A stretch of 64,000 bases of DNA from Nitrospinales bacterium. GTDB taxonomy: Bacteria > Nitrospinota > Nitrospinia > Nitrospinales > VA-1. The stretch's first letter is position 1. Each line of letters opens with the position of its first letter. The position numbers were made by a program, and so were the translations under genes. Location of the stretch: the NCBI GenBank assembly GCA_965223795.1, contig CBDCXL010000002.1, positions 1,952,001 through 2,016,000 of the forward strand. The letters are read 5' to 3'. The notes under the pieces were generated by a model. That model did not search any database. It had not been told where the DNA came from and saw only the letters and a list, made by a program, of their open reading frames with translations. Shown here one piece after another: positions 1-7,287 of the stretch.

Positions 1-1
1 C

Positions 2-1547
2 CTGGTCCAGGAAGCGGAACGGATTCTGAAAAACCTCAAGGACGCTCCCAACTCCGCTGAGACCTCCCGGAAAGGTGAAATTTACGCCCAATATGCCAGC
101 CTGATGGAGCTGGATCAGGGGAGAGGGCCGTTGGATGAGAAGATAAACTCCTGGGAGGCATTCATGAAAAAATATCCCAGGAACAATTCTTATCTGGACA
201 TCGCGCAAAAAAGGCTGCAGCAGCTGAAAAACAAAAAATATCACGAGGAGATCGAGTTGAAATTCGATTCTCTGATGAAGATGGATGAGCAGGATCTGGA
301 GGCGGATCAGAAAATTGCAGCCTGGCGTGAGTTTTTACAAATCTATCCGGACAACAATCCCAAGAAGGGCTTCGCGTTTGCCAAAATCCAAAGGATTGAA
401 GAGGGGGTGAAAATAAATGAAGAACGAAAACGCCTGGTTGCGCAAAGGCAACTCACGGAACAACTGGAAGCCCAGAAGATGGAATTGGAAACCATAACCA
501 GGGAACGCGAGGCACTGAGAAAACAACGCGAAGATCTGAAAAAAAGGGAACAGGCGTTCCGCCGGGAAATCGAACGCATGGCTCGGGAAGTGGAAGCCAA
601 AAAAGCGGAAGAGCTGAGACAGGCCGAGGAAAAACGCCTGGCTGAGGAAGCGGAAGCCAGAAGACTTGAAGAGAAGCGGCGGGCCGAGGAAAAACGCCTG
701 GCTGAAGAAGCGGAAGCCAGAAGGCTTGAAGAGAAGCGGCGGGCCGAGGAAAAACGCCTGGCTGAAGAAGCGGAAGCTTGAAGAGAAGCGGCGGGCCGAA
801 GAAAAGCGCCTGGCTGAAGAAGCGGAAGCCAGAAGGCTTGAAGAGAAGCGGCGGGCTGAGGAAGAACGTCTGGCCGAGGAAGCGGAGCGGTTGCAAAAAG
901 CGTCTCAAGACAATCCGCAGGTGGCCCGGCTGGAACCTGGAAGCCCAAAATCATCCGGGGAGGCCTCTCCCGGGCAGGAAAGCATGGTGCTGATCCCCGC
1001 GGGCGGGTTCGTCGCGGGAAAACGGAACTCCCCGAGCTTCCATTCTCAAAAGGGGTTTTATATCGACACGCACGAGGTCACGCAAAAGGAATTTGAACGC
1101 GTCATGGGAAAGAATCCCTCGCGTTTTAAAGGCGAAGACCGTCCTGTCGAAATGGTGACCTGGGATGAGGCCCAGGAATACTGCCGTCGCGTCGGCAAGC
1201 GGCTGCCCAACGCGAGTGAATGGGAGAAAGCGGCGCGCGGAGGCACCTCCTCGAAATACTATTGGGGCAACGAGCTCGGTGAAAACAAAGCCAATTGCGA
1301 CGGCTGCGGCAGCAAGTTCGACAGCTGGAAAACCGCGCCCGTGGGAAGCTTTCCTCCCAACAACTACGGCCTGTACGACATTGTGGGCAATGTCTGGGAA
1401 TGGATCGACCAGACTTACGAAAGCAAGTTCAAAGTTCTTCGCGGCGGATCGTATATGGACGATTCCAGTTTCGTGACACCGGAAGGTTCCTATTTTTTGC
1501 TGCCCAAAAACCGCAGCGCCGACATCGGCTTCCGCTGCGTCCGCTGA
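2..1547 (+). pseudogene. Coiled-coil/EAK-repeat protein with C-terminal FGE-sulfatase (SUMF1/EgtB/PvdO-like) domain; 5' end outside the window; frameshifted at about 777
   Basis: Frame is open from position 2 to a stop at 781, and the protein continues in another frame (ORF 666..1547) with FGE motifs (FYIDTHEVT, RLPNASEWEKAARGG, GNVWEW, IGFRC). The third 60-bp repeat unit lacks 8 nt. Could be a real lesion or an assembly error. Confidence 0.8.
623..886 (+). repeat. 60-bp coding tandem repeat (AEEKRLAEEAEARRLEEKRR), about 4.5 copies
   Basis: Units start at 623, 683, 743 (52 nt, deletion), 795 and 855 (partial). Confidence 0.95.
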
Positions 1548-1708
1548 CATCCGGTACAAGACACACGATGGCAAAGCCTTGCCTTCGCTCGACCGGCCTC
1601 ATGACCTGATGAACGTGCCCAGTTCTTTCTGGCTGCAACAATAACCGCGATTCTTCCGCGAACGTTCTCCTTTTCCGCCTGCAACTGCCTGCCCGCTGCT
1701 GCCTGATT

Positions 1709-2065
1709 TTATTCGTCCTGCACGATTTTCCCCAGTGGGATCTTGTATTTTTTCTGCGGCACGCGTTCCTCTTTCTTGCCGAAGTGACAATACCAGCGCC
1801 GGTTGATCTGGCCAAACCGCATGTCCTTTTGCGGGTTCATGTAATAAGACTCCGGGTCCAGCCCGAGGTATCTGTAGATCAGCCGATGGCAGCCTTCCCA
1901 TGCCTGCTGTGTCTCATTGTTTAATGACAACGGATAAATGGATTTTGTGGAAACGCCTTGATGGGGGTGCCATCGGGGCGAAGGTGGCTCCGCATCAAAG
2001 CTATTGGACAGCGCGGGTGTTGTGATGGCTGTGAAAACGATGGCTGACAGGATGAATTTTTTCAT
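1709..2065 (-). CDS. Small secreted protein, 118 aa, two Cys
   Basis: RBS GGGAGG before ATG at 2065; Sec-type signal MKKFILSAIVFTAITTPALS; C-x33-C ending RWYC. Confidence 0.75.
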   Translation of the reverse strand: MKKFILSAIVFTAITTPALSNSFDAEPPSPRWHPHQGVSTKSIYPLSLNNETQQAWEGCHRLIYRYLGLDPESYYMNPQKDMRFGQINRRWYCHFGKKEERVPQKKYKIPLGKIVQDE

Positions 2066-2184
2066 GGCAAACCTCCCTATTTTTAAACCCGGCATGACAG
2101 GGATTTCCCGCCGGGCTCGAAATTTTACAGGGGGGACCTTGAATTCTTCGAGCGCCTCGAAACCTAAAAATGAACGCACTCTTG

Positions 2185-2412
2185 TTATTGAATGCGAACG
2201 CACCGACCCGGAATGAAGACTTTTTTCCCATTCAACACGGTCCAGCGGCCGGGCACCCATTTCCAGACTCTTATGTTGTTGTTGATTTTTTTGAGCGTGC
2301 ACCGCATCTGGGCTGAGGTTTCAAGCCCAGGCGATGGACTCGCTGCATCCACAATTGCGAAAAGATAAATCAAGCCGATCAAACCGAAACTGACCCATAT
2401 TCTTGTTTTCAT
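2185..2412 (-). CDS. Small secreted cationic peptide, 75 aa, two Cys, WxxGxW motif
   Basis: AAGGTG RBS; signal MKTRIWVSFGLIGLIYLFAIVDA; C-x32-C containing WKWVPGRW. Confidence 0.7.
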   Translation of the reverse strand: MKTRIWVSFGLIGLIYLFAIVDAASPSPGLETSAQMRCTLKKINNNIRVWKWVPGRWTVLNGKKVFIPGRCVRIQ

Positions 2413-2721
2413 TTTATTGGCACCTTGAAAGTCAGAAAAATAAAAATTATTTTTCTGAAAATTTTGATATTTCAAGACCCCCGTCCTCATGAACTCCATG
2501 CGGGGCCAGGAGGACGGGGGTTGTGATTGTCGATCATTCAGCATTTCAGTAAGGCTCCGGCGGGTATTTGCGTTTCCAGATCTTTTTTGTGCCCCAGATG
2601 ATTGATGATTGGACCCAATTCCCACCGTTTTGAATACATATGAATTTCTTTGAAAATTCTGTCACCGGTGTTTCTGGTTTGAGTCGATTTCACACGGATT
2701 CGTGGTGTTCGTTCGCATCCG

Positions 2722-2973
2722 TCATCGCTTGCAGACCCAACGCGTGCCTGCAGGCTGACCGTATTTGCCCAGCACGACAATAGCGACCCATTTCCCTCCG
2801 CTCAGTTGACACGCCAAACGAGGGTTCAGGTGCCTGTTTTGCAACGTGACTTGTTTCGGATTCTTGAGCTGCGGACTGTCTCCTTGTTTTCCCGGGCCGG
2901 CTTCACCGATTCCAGTTAGGGATAGAATGACGAATGCCGCGATGGCAGCGGATGATAAAATGTTCTTTTTCAT
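2722..2973 (-). CDS. Small secreted cationic peptide, 83 aa, two Cys
   Basis: Strong RBS AAGGAGGT; signal ending GEA|GP; C-x25-C ending RWVC. Confidence 0.8.
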   Translation of the reverse strand: MKKNILSSAAIAAFVILSLTGIGEAGPGKQGDSPQLKNPKQVTLQNRHLNPRLACQLSGGKWVAIVVLGKYGQPAGTRWVCKR

Positions 2974-3126
2974 TGGGAGACCTCCTTATAACTATTTGTT
3001 ATTGTTGGCAATATTTGTCAATGTGTTTGGCTGAAGAGTTTGCGCTGCGTGAGCTGAATTCGATGCAGTTGCCACCAGTCTGGATGACTCGATTGAAAAT
3101 GAATCTGCAAACCTGAAAGCATTCAA

Positions 3127-3408
3127 TCAAAGCGATCCGAGATGGAAGTCCTTGCTCCAGCATTGCCATTTCCCCTGGGAATACACCACATGCGTGATGT
3201 TGATGCCCTGAAATTTCTTTTTGCAAGCGATGAGGGCCCGGCTTTTGGGGCTCGGTTTCCAGATCGGGGAGAACGAGGTTCCATAAGTCGGACCGTTGGG
3301 TTGAAAACCGGGCTTGTGAGGATTTTTGGGACCGGCATTGCTGACTCCGGCCAGGATGAATGAAGCAAATGCTGTGACCGCAATGGCTGTGACGATTGTT
3401 TTTTTCAT
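3127..3408 (-). CDS. Small secreted cationic peptide, 93 aa, two Cys
   Basis: GGAG RBS; signal ending SNA|GP; C-x20-C ending KWQC. Confidence 0.8.
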   Translation of the reverse strand: MKKTIVTAIAVTAFASFILAGVSNAGPKNPHKPGFQPNGPTYGTSFSPIWKPSPKSRALIACKKKFQGINITHVVYSQGKWQCWSKDFHLGSL

Positions 3409-3474
3409 CTTGTTATCTCCCTGGGTGAAAGTATTAAGATGTTTAAATTTCTTTCTTTCGTAAACAGCATTCAG

Positions 3475-3491
3475 GGCAATTAACATGCCAA
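3475..3491 (-). promoter_or_regulatory. sigma54 (-24/-12) promoter for the peptide array
   Basis: Minus strand reads TTGGCATGTTAATTGCC (GG-N10-GC, close to TGGCAC-N5-TTGC), about 67 nt upstream of the first ATG. Confidence 0.75.
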
Positions 3492-3788
3492 TTGCAATGC
3501 AACTTGTTTTTTGCTTTTGCATTTGGTGAGTTACTAAATTTTTGCAATTGAACGAACAGGCAACAAAATAGTGAACACCATGCATGGTCCATGCATGGTC
3601 CGTGCGTTGCCATGCAATGCAAAGCTTCCTGTCAAGCTGCGTCAAGTTGGAATGGGTTGAGATATGTTTTGAGCCTGACAAAGACACAGGAACGGCGTTT
3701 GGGAAACGTTGCTCTGAAGAAAGTTTTGCCAAAGAGGACATATATCGTGAACGTGCGCATGGTGCATGAATGGTGATGGATTCATGGT

Positions 3789-3805
3789 TGGGCATGGAAA
3801 CTGCA
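3789..3805 (+). promoter_or_regulatory. Putative sigma54 promoter for the undA-like gene
   Basis: TGGGCATGGAAACTGCA, GG-N10-GC spacing, about 70 nt upstream of ATG 3877. Confidence 0.55.
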
Positions 3806-3876
3806 GGGCAAAATCGGAAAGAGGAGTCGAATCCGTTGAACCATCCCATTCAAATTCCACTAAACCGGAGAACATC

Positions 3877-4617
3877 ATGAAGATCACGTTGAGCGAACAT
3901 CCGAAATGGCTTGAAGAATTCATCGATGAGATTGCTGTTTTTGAAAAAAAGATTCTCGAAGGAAACTGTTTTGGGCAAATGATCGAAGGCGAGCTCGATA
4001 TCATCACGTTCCGCCAGGTCATGATCGATTTTTATCCTCTCGTTGAGAACTTTCCCAAATACATGGCGCTGGTTTTGTCCAAAGTGCCTATGGAGGACAC
4101 GGAAGAAGCGAAAATGGCTCGATCCTGGTTGATTCAAAACCTCAATATTGAGCGCCTGCATGCGGACTGGTATCGTGATTGGATCTGGGGATTTGGCGTA
4201 CCCAGGGAACGGACTCAAGGCGAAGTGTTCCCGAAGCCGGAAGTGGACGCCGTGAACAATTTTCTCTGGAAAGTTTGTACCTATGGAACTCTGGCGGAAT
4301 CCATCGCCGGGCTGAATTTCGCCATTGAGGGGCCCACAGGAGAGTGGTCTAAAGCTGTTTATAAAAATATTCGTAAGTACGAAGGCGTGGAAGGCGTGAT
4401 ATTGGACCGCAAATCGCTCATGTGGTTGAAAGCGCACGCCAAGTACGACGACCATCACCCCGAGGAGGCGCTGGAAATCATCAAGGCGTTCGCGACCACG
4501 GAGGACGAGCAGGAACGGGTCAAACGGGCTATCCGAAACGGAATGAGCTATTATGCAATTGCTGCGGAAGCGAGCTACAACAGTGGTTCGCGCGGGGATT
4601 TTGCGAAGGTGGCTTGA
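3877..4617 (+). CDS. UndA-like heme-oxygenase-fold diiron enzyme (TenA/PqqC superfamily), possible fatty-acid oxidative decarboxylase
   Basis: Motifs ARSWLIQNLNIERLHADW, NFAIEGPTGEWS and WLKAHAKYDDHHPEEALEII match the recalled Pseudomonas UndA motifs; GGAG RBS before ATG 3877. Confidence 0.8.
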   Translation: MKITLSEHPKWLEEFIDEIAVFEKKILEGNCFGQMIEGELDIITFRQVMIDFYPLVENFPKYMALVLSKVPMEDTEEAKMARSWLIQNLNIERLHADWYRDWIWGFGVPRERTQGEVFPKPEVDAVNNFLWKVCTYGTLAESIAGLNFAIEGPTGEWSKAVYKNIRKYEGVEGVILDRKSLMWLKAHAKYDDHHPEEALEIIKAFATTEDEQERVKRAIRNGMSYYAIAAEASYNSGSRGDFAKVA

Positions 4618-4713
4618 ACGGCAGGAAAGCGTTGCGGCCTAATTCCGGTAACCGGTGTGTCAAATTCAATGAATTTGGGTGCAAAACCTGGAGGCGTGAA
4701 CGCACTGTAAATC

Positions 4714-5178
4714 ATGCATCGCAAGATCACAGGTTTTCATCAGGATGAACAAGGGGACTGGGTCGCGGAACTGAACTGCGGGCATGGCCAACACACGCGG
4801 CATCGGCCGCCGTTCCAGGTGCGCCCCTGGGTGCAGTCCGAACAGGGAAGGGCTTCAAAAATCGGAGAAGTTCTTAATTGCGTGCGCTGCGACCGTATGG
4901 AATTTCCGGACGGATTCTTGTCTTTTAAAAGGACACCTGAATTCAATGAAAACACTCTTCCCGAAGGGTTGAAAGCCAATCACAAGACCGCCGCTGGTAT
5001 CTGGGCGTTGATTCACGTGCTTGATGGGCGACTCGACTATTTCATTGCCGAGCCCATCAATAAAACGTTGCATTTGGATCCCAAACGATCCGGAACGGTC
5101 CTTCCAGAGGTCCTGCATCATGTCGAACCCCAGGGAGGCGTCCGTTTTTATGTGGAGTTTTTCGAGAAGAGGGGCTGA
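4714..5178 (+). CDS. DUF3565 + DUF1971 (TehB N-terminal-like) protein
   Basis: N-terminal GFHQDEQGDWVAELNCGHGQHTRHRPP and CxxC; C-terminal RTPEF...HKTAAGIW...HHVEP cupin-like domain. Confidence 0.75.
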   Translation: MHRKITGFHQDEQGDWVAELNCGHGQHTRHRPPFQVRPWVQSEQGRASKIGEVLNCVRCDRMEFPDGFLSFKRTPEFNENTLPEGLKANHKTAAGIWALIHVLDGRLDYFIAEPINKTLHLDPKRSGTVLPEVLHHVEPQGGVRFYVEFFEKRG

Positions 5179-5462
5179 CTCTTGAAGTGGGCCAGGAGGA
5201 TTTACAGGTGTGTAAGCAGGATTTTAACCAATAATTTAGGATGAATGAAGACGAGCGTGAAGCCCACGCAGGTTGGTGATAGAATTGCTCAAATCCTTTA
5301 GAAGATTTGGTTTATTTCTGGCAACGGCACAGATCCGGATGCGGTTATTCTGAGTGAGTTGGAATGTTAAGCAGGCTGGTATCTGGATTGAAATTGAATA
5401 TCGGAATAGAGCAGTAAAGATTCAAAGTTAAGAGATTTCAAAAAAAATAAAATTGCAATTCA

Positions 5463-6413
5463 ATGGATAAAATCAACGTCGGTATAAGCAGCTGCTTGTT
5501 AGGGGAAAAGGTGCGCTGGAACGGGGATCACAAACAGAACTGGTACGCTAAAGAAATATTGGGAAACTATTTTGAATATTTTCCGGTTTGTCCGGAAGTG
5601 GAAGTGGGCATGGGTGTTCCGAGAGAGACCGTGCATTTGAAAGGGGATAAGAATTCTCAAACTATGGTGGGAACGAAAACCGGGAAAGACTGGACCCGCC
5701 AAATGACAAGTTTCAGCGCTGATAAAGTCGAAGAATTGGCCAGGCTGAAACTTTGCGGCTTTATATTTCAGAAAAAATCCCCTTCCTGTGGGTTGTTTCG
5801 AGTTCCTCTGTATCCTGCATCGGGAAAACAAGCGATCTCCCAAGGCCGGGGAATGTTTGCGCAAGCGTTCACCGATCGATTTCCGCTGATACCTGTGGAA
5901 GAAGAGGGGCGCCTGAACGACCCCAAGATCCGCGAGAATTTCATCATCCGAGTCTTCAGCTATTTTCGTTTGCGGAAAGTATTCGATGGGAGATTTTCAC
6001 GCGGAACTCTGGTGCGGTTTCATACCGCCCAGAAGTTTTTGCTGCTGGCACACAGCAGAAAATACTACGATGCCCTGGGAAGACTGGTGGCGCAGTCCAA
6101 ACAGCTTTCACCGGCTGAATTGAAGGATCAGTATGCGAGTTTGTTCATGCAGGCGCTCAGCTTTAAATCCACCGCCAAGAAAAACACAGATGTATTGATG
6201 CACATGATGGGTTTTTTAAAAAAGAATCTTTCCGCCACCGAAAAAAAAGATATTTTGTCCACTGTGGAAGACTACCGAAACGAACTGGTTCCCTTGATCG
6301 TTCCCCTTACCTTGATCCGTCACCATGTGAATACCCACAATATCGAATACCTTTCCGACCAGGTCTACCTGAACCCGCATCCAAAGGAACTGATGCTCAG
6401 AAACCACGTTTAA
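5463..6413 (+). CDS. DUF523 (2-thiouracil desulfidase-like) + DUF1722 protein, YbgA family
   Basis: VGISSCLLGEKVR, PVCPEVEVGMGVPRE, KSPSCG and the C-terminal QVYLNPHPKELMLRNHV. Confidence 0.9.
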   Translation: MDKINVGISSCLLGEKVRWNGDHKQNWYAKEILGNYFEYFPVCPEVEVGMGVPRETVHLKGDKNSQTMVGTKTGKDWTRQMTSFSADKVEELARLKLCGFIFQKKSPSCGLFRVPLYPASGKQAISQGRGMFAQAFTDRFPLIPVEEEGRLNDPKIRENFIIRVFSYFRLRKVFDGRFSRGTLVRFHTAQKFLLLAHSRKYYDALGRLVAQSKQLSPAELKDQYASLFMQALSFKSTAKKNTDVLMHMMGFLKKNLSATEKKDILSTVEDYRNELVPLIVPLTLIRHHVNTHNIEYLSDQVYLNPHPKELMLRNHV

Positions 6414-6930
6414 TTCCTCTGACTTTGCAGTTCGAAGACATAGAGATATGTTCGGCGATGATTGGGTGCCCTGCGATATCAGGCGAACCATTGCGGGTAG
6501 GATTGCTCAACCTGGAATAGATCCAACGTCAATATCAAAATAAATCATGTAAATCGTTTCACTGTCGAACGTCAACACAACCTCTATATATAGGATAAAG
6601 AGAAAAGGGGAAGCCAATGCAGCGTGGGGAAAAAGGCTTGCGGAAATAATTGCGGCGGGTCTATGAAACAAACGTAAGGTAGTAGGACAGAAAAAGAGGT
6701 TGAAGAATTCGATTTTAAAATGTGCGGCGTTCCATTATTTAAATGGATCGATAAAGTAGAAAACTATTTTAAGGAAGGTCAGGATGCATGGATCCCTTAT
6801 CAACAAGAGTGTGCAAAAAGATTTTAAAGCAAGTCAGTTCGTTAAGAATAAATCTAAATAGCGCAGCACTGGACACAAGGTATGGTGTTGGATATAAAGC
6901 AGGGATTGCTCATGAGTGGATGCACTCTTC

Positions 6931-7257
6931 TTAAGAATCATATTGATCTGGTCGAAGCACGCTTGCATCCAATACAAAAAGACTGCCGGTGTGGCGTTCC
7001 AAAAATGGTTTGAGACCGGATAAAATCGGTTCAAGCTTGTCTTCGGGAACAACGGTCAACACCATTTGCAGGCTGCTCGTGTCGTTGAACATCAAATGCC
7101 CTTCGTGGAATCCGCTGTGCCCTTTTCCAGATATATTGTTGAAAATCGTATAACCGCTTGCTTTAATCCGGTCAAGAACGTCCGTCACGAAAGGAAGATG
7201 CTCTCCTTCAATGATGATCTTGATTTCTTTCATTGGATGAAGTTTTAAGCCGTTCAT
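6931..7257 (-). CDS. PII-like regulator (SbtB/DUF190-like)
   Basis: 108 aa, SGYTI..ISGKG.SG PII-type motif, GAGGAG RBS, last gene of the dab operon. Confidence 0.8.
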   Translation of the reverse strand: MNGLKLHPMKEIKIIIEGEHLPFVTDVLDRIKASGYTIFNNISGKGHSGFHEGHLMFNDTSSLQMVLTVVPEDKLEPILSGLKPFLERHTGSLFVLDASVLRPDQYDS

Positions 7258-7287
7258 GATATTTCAATTCTCCTCAACTAAATTATT

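Noticed and set aside
623..886. Direct repeats as a possible CRISPR array
   Set aside because: Contiguous coding repeats with no unique spacers and no cas genes in the window.
985..1547. FGE domain as a diversity-generating retroelement target
   Set aside because: No reverse transcriptase and no template-repeat copy of the 3' region seen in the window.
2538..2639. Possible fifth small ORF in the peptide array (MYSKRWELG...LLKC, 33 aa)
   Set aside because: No clear RBS, no signal peptide and only one Cys; does not fit the pattern.
3577..3598. NtrC binding site
   Set aside because: Half-site spacing and flanks do not match TGCACCA-N3-TGGTGCA.
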